From NCBI RefSeq assembly GCF_009914755.1, contig NC_060941.1: a DNA stretch of 64,000 nt; one strand, given 5' to 3'. The first letter of the stretch is position 1, and each line of letters opens with the position of its first letter. A model generated the notes under the pieces. The model had not been told where the DNA came from, made no database searches, and was given only the letters and a program-made list of their open reading frames with translations. This stretch comes from the human T2T-CHM13v2.0 reference genome, Homo sapiens. This document shows positions 15,968 through 31,805 of this stretch, in pieces. The position numbers and the translations under genes were made by a program.

Positions 15968-16318
15968 TGTATTAGTCCATTCTCACACTGCTGTAAAGAA
16001 ATACCTGAAACTGGGTGATTTATAAAGAAAAGAGATTTCGTTGACTCACATGGCTGGGGAGGCTTCAGGAAACTTATCATGGCAGAAGGCACCTCTTCAC
16101 AAGGCAGCAGGAGAGAGAATGAGTGCCAGCCAGGGAAATGCCAGACACTTAGAAAACCATCAGATCTCTTGAGAACTCACTATCATGAGAACAGCATGGG
16201 GTAAACCGCCCCCATGATTCAGTTACCTCCCACCAAGTCCCTCCCATGACACGTGGGGATTATGGGGGTTACAATTCAAGGTGAGATTTGGGTGGGGACA
16301 CAGAGTCAAAGCATATCA
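15968..16318 (-). mobile_element. THE1 (THE1C-like) 5' LTR
   Basis: TGTATTAGTCC...gggtggggacacagagtcaaagcatatCA termini. Confidence 0.92.
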
Positions 16319-17621
16319 GCCATAGAGAGACGGTTCTAAGTGTCAGCAGTTCTTAGAGGCCATAACAAATGGGGTAAGAAAACACATCTCAAAGGTGATC
16401 TAGTGTCCTTTAATGCCAGATTTTTTCTTCTAAAAGTTTTATTGAGCATTTTTATATGCAGTAGACTATGTTAGGCACTATGGAAGATATAAGTAATTCA
16501 GATTTCTTTCGTGAATGTAAATAGAAATACAACCCTAAATATACATACATGTCACACATACATACACACACACATTAACACTTAAAATAAGTGTATCATT
16601 AGGATGCTTTGAGCTGGAAAAAAAAAACAAAATTCCAATTCAAATAGATTAAACAGAACAGAAATCTATTACCTCATATAACAAGTTCAGAATTAGGGCA
16701 GCTAATAGGGCTCAAACTTTATTTTTCTGCAATTCTTTTAGCCTAGCCCTCCTGTTGACTTTGTCCTCAAGCCAGCTGACCACATGATTTGCAAGAAAAC
16801 TAAGGCAGTTCTGGACATCATGGGCAGATAAGACAATATCCAGAGGCAGATAAAAGAGCTTTCTCTTTCATAAACAGGTTTGGGATCTGTTAGCAAGGAG
16901 ATAATGGGGAACAGATGCTATCAGGAACCTCAATCTAGTGGAGGAGAGAGTATGTGACAGTATGGCAAACACTGTGCTAGAGGATATACAGTCTACACTG
17001 GTAGCCATAGAAAGAAAGCCCTCCATTCTCAGCTGGAGGGAAAGGGTAGGGGCTTGGTAGAGGCTGATCAGAGAAGACGTCACTTGGGGAAGAGGTTGTA
17101 AGTCCAGTTTGGGTTGTGTTGAGTGTGAGGTACTGAGACCTCCAAATGGGGAAGTACAATAGACAGTTGGATATATACTGGCCTAAGGCTGAGAAGAAAA
17201 GTCTAAATAAAGAAAAAGATACAGAATATAGGTGGTGGTGAAGGCTTTGAGGATGGATGAGCTAATCTAGAGCGAGGAAAGAATAGGACCAAGAATGAGA
17301 TTCTGAGGAACACTGACATTTAAGCATGGGTGGAATGAGAGTTGCTGACAGAGACAGAAAATAAAAATGAAAATCTTGTAATGCCATCTGTGTGTGGGAT
17401 GGGTGTAAGCCAACTATAACTGACATTTTGTGGTATTTATACATGTGATTTGGATAAGGAACTGCCTAGGAACCTTTCAGTACCCATTCTTTGCCCAGGA
17501 GCAGGTGCCCTTCCCCAAAAAACCAGTTGAATGATATAGTTTTGTTGGAGGTATGACTGGACCTGAAGAGTCCCCCAACCAAAGCAGAATTGGGGCATTA
17601 ACATTTCTATTAAAATGAATC

Positions 17622-17909
<288 letters not shown>

Positions 17910-17914
17910 ATTAA

Positions 17915-18139
<225 letters not shown>

Positions 18140-21134
18140 TGAAGTTCTTTTGCTGCAAACTTGGTTCATCTCCCAACACGTATGGCCTGTTCCTCCCTAG
18201 GCCTTTAGAACTACATTGTACATCTCCCAGTGTAACTAACTGATAGGCTTTTCAGGAAATGTATATGTATAATCATTGACAAGGTGCATATACACCTATA
18301 GATGTGTGCTCCATACATGACCTATCATCTCCTGAGGACAGTCATATTGTAGCAATTAGTTGCAGGTTTTCATGATGTCTAAAAAATCACTGAGGGCAAT
18401 TACTCTTTCCATTTTTTAAAATTGTTTTAGTGACAATAATAACATTCCTGGTGCTATGACTTTCAAACCAACACTAACCTTCCTTGGAGCTACTTCCCCC
18501 AAATCTCTCTTCAAATTATATCCCAGTTTTTCTCCCATTAGTTTGAAAACCTTTAAGAACTCTATAACATCAGCTTCTCTCTCAGCCTTCAGAAGGCTGA
18601 AATGGAGGACCAAAAAGAGGACACATAATTTGTTTGTGCATGTATGCATTCATTTGTTTATTCATCACTTACTGAGGCATTAAACTGGGTACTAGAGATA
18701 CAAAAACAAAAAAGATACAATCCCTAATCTTAAGGAATTTGTAGTTCAGATAACAGTTTTGGGTTAACCCACAAAAGTGGAGAAGGAAGTTACTGTGCTA
18801 ATTTTTCTGTCCCACAGTCTGAGAGTTCCAATCCCTACAGCCTTTTCAGAATTCTTTTCCTGCCTCAGGATGGAGAATATGGGTATCTTAAACAGTTCTC
18901 TGGGTCAGGCTTCCCCCACAGGATATTGTTAAAAAATGAAACCATTGTCTTCAGAGAGAAAGATGGCATTAAGGATAACTTCAAGAGCCTAGCAAATTCT
19001 TCCCAATATATAAGCACAGAGCCAGAGCAGCCTGGTCATCAGATGGACAGAAGTGAAACCCACAGTGACAAATCTTGTATTTGAATCTTACTTGTCTTGT
19101 CTAACAAATCACTGTACCAAAAATGACCTTACTTAGTAGGAGCAGAGTGGAGCTAAAATAACTGGCAAGGTATGGCATTCCAGTTTCAAGCAGACTAAAA
19201 AGTAGCTAATAATTCCATAAACTCTAAGAGCATTGTCCTGCTGTTAGATAGTAACTGAAAGACAGTAACTTAAGCATTAACCTTTTAGCATCACTATCTG
19301 CCTAGAATCAGATGCAAAAATGAAGCTAATCCCTGCCTTTGCTGCCCCATAAAATAAATACCACATTCACAGAGAAGTAGCATGAAGCTTCATTTGACCA
19401 AGCTTCATTTGACGAAGTATTTTATCCCATACATGGAAACGTACATTTAAACATGCCCTCCTGTCATTAGCACAGTTTTATCTTATACTGATGCAGACAG
19501 CATGGTTGCCTGAGATAAGACTGGCTCCATGTGTGATTCAAGCCATAAATACTCTAGTGTACAGCATATGGTGGTGACGTGACTGCAAGCTGAAGAATGA
19601 AGACTTGGACTATGGTTTTCCTGGTGCTGCAGTTTACAGGATCCTTTAAATGCAGTGTTCCCTGTTGAGAGGCTTTAACTTCTCCCAAACTGCTAGAATT
19701 CTCAATCTGCACCAGCTGTGGGTCAAAGACAAATATAGACTTTATGGTTAGAAATAGTTCCACTTGAAACTTCTATTCAGCAGTGACACACAATCCAATG
19801 GGTACTTTTTTCCAATTAATTTTACATTTCTCTGGTTTTATATTCATAAAGGTGATGTTTGTAAATAACCCGCTTTAAAGAAGCTCATTGGATAAGCCCC
19901 CAAGGTTAGTTTTTGCCATGATCTTAAGATACCTGAGCCACAGCTAAAGATCCCTAAGATGAGATTGCTCTTGTTTCTTCATGCTTTCCCTGTTTTCTTA
20001 AGTATTCAAAAATCTTGAGCAAGCTTATCACTGGCTGCTAAACAGTTTTGTAAATTTAGATTCTAAGGAAGGGACTCCATTACCATTTATTGCCGACAAA
20101 AAGATCCCTTACCTGAGCAATAGTTACAGATACTGAAGAGGCGCTTTTTCAAGCTATTCGAACATAAAATTCTCTTTAAGAAACCATGAGCTTAGAATTT
20201 AATTATGCATTATTTTTGGCTACATCCTGGCTGGTAATGGGATCACACTTCTCTGCCTGTCATCTTTGTTGAATTGAACCAAACTGACGCTCTTTTCTCC
20301 CGTACTTCACAGGAACAAAGGGTCAACTCCACTAACCAGAAGAAATCAAAAGTCCATAGTACAAGTAAAGCTAGTATTCCAAATCCAAAGCTATGTATTT
20401 CAGGCGTATTTCTTATGTATCTAGTCCAGCCTCAGTGCGGTTCTCAGTGCTGCTTTGTGGTCCATTTACTGGACCATTTAGTTGACATTCATTTACCAAG
20501 GTCCATTCTTACTCAGCTCCTTTTCCCATTTCTTTTTCCTCTAGCTCTTAATAAAGCCAACTAATGAAACAAACAGCCTAACTTGTGAGTCACTGAAAAA
20601 GATCAAAGCTACCAAGTGTGACTTCCTTTAACTATTTTCCTCCCCTCACCAGCAAATCAATCTATATCATTATCAATTCTTACCTCTTTTTTTCTTGTTT
20701 TAGAAGAAAAGATGTTCCTATTCCTCTTTAATTGCATTATGAAATATAGAAAAGTACAGATAATTGCATGTAATCAAATATTATCTACCAGATTTAACAA
20801 ATGTTAACATTTTTCCATGTTTGCTTCAAATATTTTTCTTTATTTTTAAGAAATGAATGTAACAAATATAATAGATAACGCTTTTGTATTTCTCTTTTAC
20901 CCCATTTCTCTGTCTCCCTTAGAGATAACTCCTATTCTAAATGTGTTGGGATTTAGCACATGCTAACACCCCTAACATGTTCTTCTCATCTATATTTTAC
21001 ACTTTTCCAATGTAGGTTCCTGTTCATAAACAATATATACAACTATTTTGGGTTTTTTAATGCTATAAGATTCTATAACTTTTTTCTCTTTTTCACTCAG
21101 CATTCTGTCTTTGAGATTTCTCTATAGATGTAGG

Positions 21135-22122
21135 TCAGTGATTTTCAACTCTGGCTATACATTAGATTCTCTTGCAGAGTTTTTTTAAAAATACACACAC
21201 ATTCCTGAGCCTTACTCCCAGAGATTATGAGTCATTGTTCTGGAGTAGAACCTAGGCTTCATTTTTAAAATAGACTTTATTTCTTAGACCAATTTTAGGC
21301 TTATATAAAAGTTGAACAGAAAGTACAGAGTTCCCACATACTCCCCCAACCACAATTTTCCCTATTATTAACATCTTGTACTGATGTGGTACATTTGTTA
21401 CAATTGAGGAACCAATAGTGATACATTATTATTAGCTGCAGTCCATCCTTTATGTTAGGGTCCACTCTGTGTTGTACAGCTCTGTCGATTTTGCCAAATG
21501 CATAATGTCATGTATCCACCATTAAGTATCTCAGCATAGTTTCATTGCACTAAAATTCCTTTATCCGCCACCTATTCATTCCTCTCCTCTTACCCTCCTC
21601 AACCCCTGGCAACCACTGATCTTTTTACTGTTTCTGTAGTTTTGCTTTTCCCAGAATGTCATATAGTTGGAATCACACAACATGTAGAATGTTCAGACTG
21701 GCTCCTTTCACTTAGCAATATGCATTTAAGATTTCTACATGTCTTTTTTGGCTTGATAGTTCATTTCTTTTTATTGCTGAATAATATTTCACTATAAGGA
21801 TTTACTACATTTTATTTAGCCATTCATCTATTAAAGGACATCTTGGTTGCTTCCAATTTTGGCAATTATGAATAAAGCTTCTATAAACACTAAGAGGCAG
21901 GTTTTTATGTGAAAATAATTTTCAGCTCATTTGAGTAAATGCCTTAGTAGTGCAATTACCAGATTGTATGGTAAGACTATGTTTAGCTTGCAAGACATTG
22001 CCAGACTAGTTTCCAAAGTGGCTGTGCCATTTTGCATTCCCACCGGCAGCGACTGATCAGTAGTATTTTTGAAAAGCTTCCCAGGTAATTCTAATGTGCA
22101 CCCCAGCTAGTTGAGAAACCAC
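21135..22122. mobile_element. MER5-type DNA transposon split by an L1MC-like 3' end (about 21262-22045, minus strand)
   Basis: cagtgattttcaactctggc...aacctaggc | L1 (agaaagtacagagttccca...ttccaaagtggctgtgccattttgcattccc) | aagcttcccaggtaattctaatgtgca...ttgagaaaccact. Confidence 0.7.
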
Positions 22123-22289
22123 TATTCTTTTCTTTTCCTGTTTGAAAAAAATCACTATTCCACATCATTAATTTAAAGATGGCAGTATAGCAAGCATGGT
22201 AATTAAGAGATCAGACTCTAAAAACAGACTGAGTTCAAACCCTGTCTCTCTTAATTCCTGACTGTATGACTTTAAGCAAGTTGTTTAAC

Positions 22290-22567
22290 TTTTTTTTTTA
22301 TATTTTTGGAGACAAGGTCTTACTCTTCACCCCGGCTGGAGTATAGTGGCACAATCACAGCTTACTGCAGCCTTGAACTCCTGGGCTCAAGCAGTCTTCC
22401 CACCTCAGCCTCCCAAGTAGCTAGGACTACAGGCAAACAGTACTACACCTGGCTAATTATTTTTATTTTTTGTAGAGATGGGGGTCTCACCATGTTGCCC
22501 AGGCTGGTCTTGAACTGCTAGTCTCAAGCCGTCCTCCCTCCTTGGCCTCCCAAAGTGCTGGGATTAC
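22290..22567 (-). mobile_element. AluJ inserted in a MIR (MIR about 22180-22670, +)
   Basis: Antisense Alu interrupts tgactttaagcaagttgtttaac...tttaaaatgg..gttgtgaggatt. Confidence 0.85.
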
Positions 22568-23189
22568 CACCACTAATCTTACTAATCTTTAAAATGGCAA
22601 TAATATTAGCCCTTACTAAGTGGTTGTGAGGATTTAATTCATTAATATATATAATCCTCAGAAGAGGGGCTAGGATCTCTAAAGGCTACACACATATATA
22701 TATTTGGGGTTAAGAGTCACCAAAATATAGGTGACTCTTACCTACATTTAATAGTTATATATATAAATGTTATATATGTAACAATTATAGTAGAAGCCCC
22801 TTTATATCTTTCCCTTACCCCATTCTCCTCCCTCCCCAGTGATAACCCTTATCCTAAAGTTAGCATACATATGTCAACAGAAAGGTAACTGTTACAGGTC
22901 TTAGACACAATTTTACTTTAATTTAATAGTTGGGAAAAAAGCATATAATGCTTAGTTGAATTCATAAGTGTGATGTCTTAGGAGTAGAAGAAATTGTCTG
23001 GGATTAAAAAGGACAATTTTGGAGAAGAGGGCCAAGGATGGAAAATGGTTTGGAATTAAAGGTAAAGGGAGAAAGCAGCAATCAGCTGTTTTGTCTGTTT
23101 TAGTCTATTATAGTTGCTACTTTTTCAGCTAAGATCAGAGAAGTGAGGTCCTGAATCAGGTGCCAATTACTTTTCCTTTTTTTAGTTGG

Positions 23190-23395
23190 TATAATGGAAG
23201 GAACATGAACTTTAGAGTAAAAACAGATTTGGCCTCTAATTCTAGCTCCAGGAGTTGTGTTCCCTCCTAAATAAAAATAGTGATAAATTCTACCTCCTAG
23301 GGCTGTTGTGAAGATTAGATTACATTAGAGAAGCTAAATCTGGAAAGGCCCTAGCACAGAACCTGACACATTGTAGATCTGAATAAATGTCAGAT
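23190..23395 (+). mobile_element. MIR
   Basis: ctacctcctagggctgttgtgaagatta...ctagcacagaacctgacaca core. Confidence 0.7.
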
Positions 23396-25040
23396 TTCCT
23401 GCCTTTTTTTCCTTCAACCATCATATGTAAGACATGTCTTCCATTGCTAAAAGCTTCCTCTGTTAGACTATGGATATTTCTTAATGCTGATTTTTCTCTC
23501 TGAATTCGTTAATATAGTTTATCATTCCTCAAAAGGTCTTGAGGCCCACACATATTATAAATTAGGAGATTGAGGCCCAAGTGGGGAGTCACAGCTAAGC
23601 TTCCTGGTCTTCCAGGATCTACAGTGCAGGTGTGCTCAAGAACCTAACTTGTCTGGACTCCAACCCTGAGTAACATTTAGAATTCTTCCTAAAAGATCTG
23701 GAACTATTCTATTTCATATGCCAAAATAACAATCAGAACTACTTAGTGATGTATTTGCTTCAGTTTTGTTTGCATGTAAACTGCATGGCCAAATGAGAGT
23801 TTGTAATTGATGTCCCTGTTACTTGCACAAATTAAAAGAGCTTCTGAAGTAATAATGAGCAATCAGAAGCTGCCCTTACCCACCTTTCCTACTGTTTTCT
23901 GTTTACCCAGCTCTGGGTGCCTACATGGGTACTATAGTAGACAGATTCAGAACAGAGCCCAGCCTCCTCAAGGCCAGAGAGAATATGGACTATGTAGAAA
24001 TTAGGTAGCCATTTTTAAATAATCGAGGAGGATGAAAAGGGAAATAATCTTGTGGTGTGAGGGGTTAAAACTGGATTCTGTTTCAGCCTCCCAGCATAGG
24101 ATTGTGTTTCTGGGCACCCAAAGGTCTACTCTGCTAGGATTTGACCCAGCCTTTTGGCTCATGCTCTTAGGATAGAATGGAACGAGAGGATACGTAGAAA
24201 TAATTAGCACCATCCTTCCTCATTTTATCAAGCTGTGGATTTTTTGTTGAGAATGTATAAACACTTGCAGCCACTTTGATAAAGCCATGTCAAAATGTCG
24301 CAAAATATATCAACTTCTTGAGGCATATTCTATAGATATATATGCATAGGTGTATAAAGATACATGTACATGGATGATTATTAAAAGCTATAATAGTGAG
24401 GGAGAACAAAGCCTAGAACTACCTAGTAATATGAAAGTGTTTTAAAGCCAGTAACAGTGTATGGACCTTATGTGAATCCCAATTCAAACCAAAAAAATTT
24501 TAGTTCCTTTTTTTAGCTAATCAAGGGAATTTGAACACTGTTGGGATATTTCATATTATAGAATCCTTCTTAGTTTTAGGTATGTTTTAAAGAGTTCATA
24601 TCTGTTTAGAGACACTGACTAAAATAATTAAATATTAACTGATAAAATATCTGGGATTTTTCAAAATAATCCCATCAAGGGAAGGGGATATGAGCAGGAA
24701 TGTAAATAATACAAGGTTGGCCATGAGTTGAAAATTACTGAAGTGAGGTGATGGGTACATGAGAGCTTTACTATACTATTCCTCTCTACTTTTGTAAATA
24801 CATTTTAAATTTTCCTTAATCAAAAATGTTTAATAAAGTAAATTTTACGTTGTTTATATGCACTTGTATGTATGTATTTTGCGTATATATAGAAAATGTG
24901 TTAAATAATAAACACTAATGTGTTAATAGGAGTCACCTCTTAGGATTGAGATGGGAGGTTTATTTTTAATACCATATTATTTTATTTGATTTTTATAACA
25001 AATTTGTATTATTTTTATAATTTCAAAAACTGAAATGTAG

Positions 25041-25369
<329 letters not shown>

Positions 25370-26124
25370 GAAAATAAAATTTTTAATAGGAAAGTTCAAT
25401 GATTTAATTTTTGGTTGCATCAGAATATCCCCACAGGGAGAAAAAAAAAGGTGCCTGTGTCGGAAAAGCCTTTAAAACGTTCGTGTATCTAGCCTTCCCA
25501 CAGCATTATTCACCTTTCAGCCTTTCCTCTAGTGTGAGAATTCCCTCTACAGGAAGTTTTTTCCTAACCCACTTTAGAGACCCTGAACCCTCTATGGGAA
25601 GACCTTGACCACCATGACTAGAGGTCTTGTTAGATGAATTTATAACTCATAAGTTACTGACACATTCCTCCTTTGTAGATGCCCCTTCCCTAGTATGCCG
25701 CATAAACACACCTTCCTGATTTTGGGTATATGTAGGTATTCTAGGCAAGAACATTCTATATTTCAGGGACAAAGAAAGCAGAAGTAGCTTAAGTTTTTAA
25801 AAGAAGTACCTCCCTATATCTCTTATTACAACCCAAATTTCATTGTTAATATCTTCCTGCCCTCAGGATTTCCTTCTTTAACTGATTTGATCCAGATATT
25901 GACAGAAGAGTAAGATGATTGTCAGAGAGTGTCTAACAATCAGGAGATCTGAAGAACAAATTATTCTAACTTCCTTCTGGGGAAGCCCATGTGAAAAGGA
26001 CAAATATTAGTACATGTCGTGGGACCTGTGCCAGTGATACTAGGAGAAAATTTGTTGCGGATGGAAATCAAGCCTGTATTGCTGTTTTTTTCCTGAGGAT
26101 AAGCATATGTAATCATTTTGGGAT

Positions 26125-26527
26125 ATATTAGTTAAGGTGAAGAACACTAGCTGCTATTGACAAACCTGCAAAATCTCAATGACTTAACAAAGATTTATTT
26201 CTCCTTACATCACAGTACAGTGCAGATGTCTGGGCAGGCTCCTTCCGTGTAGTAGTTCTAAAATCACCTTGGGCCTCAGAATTCTCCATTGGATCTTCTA
26301 CATCTGGCCTGTAATCAAAAGGAACAATAGAAAGTGTAGAGAAATATGCAGGAAGTTTTGGAGCCAAGCCTGGACATGACATATTATTTATGCCCTAATT
26401 TTATTCACCAGAATTCAGTCACATGGCCTACCTAACTGTAAAGGAGCCTGGGAAATAGAGTTTTTCCAAATGTTCAGGAAGAAAATGAAATGGAAATCCG
26501 TGATCACATTGCATTATTTCTGCCACA
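26125..26527. mobile_element. MLT1-type MaLR LTR, degenerate
   Basis: aaaatctcaatgacttaacaaagatttatttctc...agaattcagtcacatggcctacctaactgtaaaggagcctgggaaat...tctgccaca. Confidence 0.65.
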
Positions 26528-26833
26528 GTGTGTAATTTAGTAACTTGAATTTAAGAGATTTATTGAAGAAGGCTAATAAAAAAGATATGGAAAAATAAAT
26601 TATATCCAGATAGAAAAGAGAGGTGTTGAGTAGACGTGTTGCTAAGGGCTGCAGAGATGGAGACTGTTTCAGTTAGCTTGTTCCTGCAGGACTGGTCTTT
26701 GTCCCCCCACCTAGGCTTTGCTTGGCATGAACATTGTTAGGGTGAGACTCCGCTCTCATTCATTAGTACCAAAAACAAAGAGGCCACTAATTCACCACTG
26801 ATGCTACTTTTTTTTGCTGGGCTACTAATTTAA

Positions 26834-26986
<153 letters not shown>

Positions 26987-27527
26987 TAAAGAAATTATAA
27001 ATATGATAAGGAATTAACTATGAAAAAATAAAACTAGAAGGACATTAAGTAGCTATTTAGTTGATCTTTGACTTGTCTTTCTTATTAGCCTTTTATTGAT
27101 AATTTAATATATTTTAAATTGTTAAATTTTATTCTATAAATTAGAGACTAGCTCCATTGTCCTCTTAACTTCTATAAGCTGACTCTGACATATGGGATCA
27201 GGTCCTGCTGGTTCCAAAGAGTAAATTGATCTCAGGTAGCCTTTGTCTTGGTAGGAGCTTTTCTGACCAAGAGCTCACTTCGTAGAGACTATGTTCAGCA
27301 CTACAGTATAGGAGGCAATTGCTCTAGTTACTATGCCATTTATGTAAAGGAGATATTTTACATTATCTACCAAAGGAAAAGAAAAAGGAGCAAATGAGAT
27401 TATAAAATAAAGCAATTACTAAATGCTACTAGACACTGTTGTAGAATGTTAGATGGTTTAATAAAAGATGACTAAAAGGATGTGACTCCTGTTTGTCTAA
27501 TTATTAGTTCTGTTTGTTTATTTCTAG

Positions 27528-27848
<321 letters not shown>

Positions 27849-28718
27849 TGAGTCTGGGTAGAGTATATCAAACCATGATGGAGAGGAGATCAGAGAGAGT
27901 GCTGGTTCTGCATATGTGCAGGGCCACTGCCATCCATCCTGCAGGAGCACACAGTTCTAAACCCTTTGAGAGGTGCTTGGGAAACTGCATTTATCCGTAA
28001 CCACAAAAAGTTTCTACATAACAACCCAGAAATGATCTATTGAGCTCAGAAGAAGCCTCTTTTTAACAAAGAGAGGAAGGAGAAGTGAGGAAGCCAGGAG
28101 ACTGCAGTGGCAGGTCTGGACCAAATGACACCTGCAGGCTCTAAGCCTTTCATGTGTAGAGAAGAAAACTTAGCCATGGAGATGAGAACAGGACCAGACA
28201 CCTTCATCCTGTCCTTGAAGACCACCACTCTAGAGATAAGGGGAGAAGATGATTCTCCCTATTTATACTCAGACTGACCAAGGGCACCTCGAAGTGCTTC
28301 TGTTAGTACTGATCAGTTCTCTGAAAATATTTCCAAAATATGTTTGCTTTATGTATAAAAACTCGATTTCACAATATTGGTGAAAAGAAAAATGCTGGTC
28401 TCACAAATGTGGGCCTCTGGGAAAAAAAAGTCTGGCCTCATAGTATTTTGTTTCAGTCCTGAAAACAAACTGAGGACTTTAGTGGTTTCATAGTGAAATA
28501 CAAGTCATAGTATGACTTCATTCTGCGGTATTCAGTGCTGTTACGAGGGGAGAAAGTGGGACTCCTCCACTCCTTTGGGAACTGAGACGTAGGCCTCTCA
28601 ATGACATCTCAGAGCCTTAGAAGTTTACTGTAGCACAGTGATTGTGCACCTGTGACATCCCATTCATTTGAATGGACACCTCTAGGAACAATGATAACTG
28701 GGCCTCGTTACTATTTTC

Positions 28719-28985
28719 GTTTTCTTTTTAGAGACAAAGTCTTGTTCTGTTGCCTAGGCCAGAGTGCAGTGGCATGATTGTAGCTCACTGCAGTCTTCAG
28801 CCTCCCCAGTAGCCAGGAGTATAGGTATGTGCCACCACACTCAGCTTTATTTTTTTCCTATTTTGTAGAGGCAGGGTCTTGCTATATTGCTCGGAGGTTT
28901 GCTAAAACTCCTTGGATCAAGAGATCCTCCCACTGTGGCCTCCCAAAGCGCTAGGATTACAAGCATGAGCCACGGCAGCCAGCCC
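28719..28985 (-). mobile_element. AluJ, internally deleted
   Basis: Antisense Alu arms. Confidence 0.85.
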
Positions 28986-29884
28986 TTCTTACTATTGCTG
29001 TCACTTCATATTCTGATCTTAGCTGGGTCTTTCCTGCTGTTCAGCCCTTACACTGCCAAGCCATCCTTTTCTTCATCTTTCATTGTTTTCCCCAGAGCAG
29101 AAATGTAACTCATATGTACTTCTTTCAAGATCCTATCACGCCTCTTCTGCCCTTCATCACTGTGATCGAGCTCATCTCAAGGTGCCTGTATCTCAAAACT
29201 CTTATCAGTTCTTACGTACGCTCACCTCTACTTTGCCTTAGAGAAGGAAGTACTTACCTTCCTTTCCAGAGCAATTGTCTCCTCCTCTACACTCTTAACC
29301 CACGGTGTTGCTCATTCTCTCACGTTATTTCATTCTTTTTCTAAATTCACACTACCTTTTTTCTCAGTTTCTACAAACCTATGAATGTAGAAACCTACCT
29401 AACCTAAAAAAGAAATGTTCCTCTCCCTTGCTAACCAGAAGCAACATCCCATCTCTTCCCTTTCACCTCTGCCAAACCTGTCCTAAGAGTCCTCTATACT
29501 GGCTACATTCACCTCTTTATTACTCCTTAACCACTTGCATTCTGGCTTCCATGAATGAGAGAGGAGGCAACTCATTAAAATGATAAGCTTTAGGATCAGA
29601 CACAACTGGGTTAAATCCTGTGTCCATACTTAATTTATACAAGGGCTTGAACAAGTCACTTAACCTCTCTCAATCGCACTTTTCATCTATAAAAAGGGTG
29701 TTAAAAGAGTCAGTGTAAGCATTGAAAGAGATAAAGCCTTTTTTTAAAAGAGGTGTTAAAGTCTCTTTTAATCTTATATAGTGCCTAATAAATAGTATCT
29801 GTAAAAAAGAAAATAACCCAACCTCCCTACATTCTACCAAGCTGCTCTTTTAAAAGTCACTAATGACTGCCATTCACCAAATAA

Positions 29885-30259
<375 letters not shown>

Positions 30260-31572
30260 TAATGTCATTTCCCACTTCTCTGGCTGCCCCTCTCTTCTTC
30301 TTCTGATAGAACTGTTCACTGAGATCCTCTGGTCTTCCTTCCGTCCTCATACTCGCCATGGCTTCAGCATTAAAGTCATAGGCTTTGGCGTCAAACCCGA
30401 CTGGGTTCTAGTTCTCCTACCTACATTTTGGTGACTCTTAACCCCAAATTGCTAATTTCTGAAAGTGTTTTTGAGCTGTAGTTTCACATTTGTAACTGCT
30501 TCCTTGGCAGGCATGTTCATATCCCTGACTAGTTAGTTCCTCAGATCCAGCTTTCTAAAATCACTCAGCATCTTTACCCTCCTCTTTCTGGATTTTCAAA
30601 GTCTGCTAATGTAGCCTCCGTTTTTCTCAGAACTAGGGAGTCATTGACATCTTTCCCTCCTTTGCCCTTCCTAATTCATTTAGTGGCCAGCACTTTTCAA
30701 TGTTATCCTCAAAAGAGCTTGAGAAGCTACTCCTTGGTCTCTACCCCAACTGCCACTATCCCCCTGAATTATTCTTGGAGTCTTCTTGTGTAACAAACCC
30801 GTTTTTCAGATTCTCATCTCATCTATTACACACCATCCCCTTAGCTTTTGTAGAGCTTTTATTTTGAAGTAATTTTAGACTTTCAAAGATACTGCAAAAA
30901 TAGTGCAGAGACCCAACACAAAGAAATGATACACGTTTGAGGTGATGGGTATGCTAATTACCCTAATTTGATCATTACACATTGCATACATGTATCAAAA
31001 TATCACACTGTACCCCATAAATATGTACAATTATTGTGTCAATTTAAAATAATAAAAGTAAATAAAATAATTCTCTTGTAGGCAAAAAAAAATGCATAGA
31101 GTTTCTATATATCCTCCATTCAGCTTCTCCTAATGTTAACAGCCTAAGTAATTGTAGTCTCATTATCAAAACCAGGAAAGTAATTTGGTGATAATACTAT
31201 TAACTAATCTACAGACCTTACTGAAATTTGTCCAACTGTCCCACTGATCATTTTTGCATTAGAGAATCCAGGTCAGGATCTCACATTACATTTAGTGTTG
31301 TGCCTCCTTAGTCTCCTCCAACCTGTGAGAGTTTCTCAGTCTTTGTTGATCTTTTATGAGCTTGACAGTTTTGAAGAATACCAGCCAGTTGTTCTGTAGA
31401 ATGTTTTTCAATTTTAGTTTATCTAATGTTTTCTCACTGTGAGATTGAGTGTATATATTTTTGGCAAGAATACCACGTAAGCAATGCTGTACCCTTATAA
31501 AAATGCAGCACTAGAAGTCCCTGCTGTTGATAGGTCTTATTACAGGTGGTGTTAACCTCAGTCACTTGGCTA

Positions 31573-31805
31573 CCCTAGACCTGCTCACCAACACACTGAC
31601 CATATATCAGTGATGATGCGACATTGTCCAAGAAAGTACATACCAAGGCCACCGCACAATACCTGTCCAAAAAGGCCTCCAATACGGAATAATGTTCTTC
31701 ATTATTTCAGAAGTCTTTTTCTTCGCTGGATTCTTCTGAGCATTTGATCACTCTAGCTTAATCCCTACTCCAGAATTAGGAGGACATTGACCCCCAACAG
31801 GCATC
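31573..31805 (+). pseudogene. NUMT: nuclear copy of a mitochondrial COX3 (MT-CO3) fragment
   Basis: Mito-code translation from 31575: [77 protein letters not shown], colinear with COX3 (..[56 protein letters not shown]); TGA used for Trp. Confidence 0.96.
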
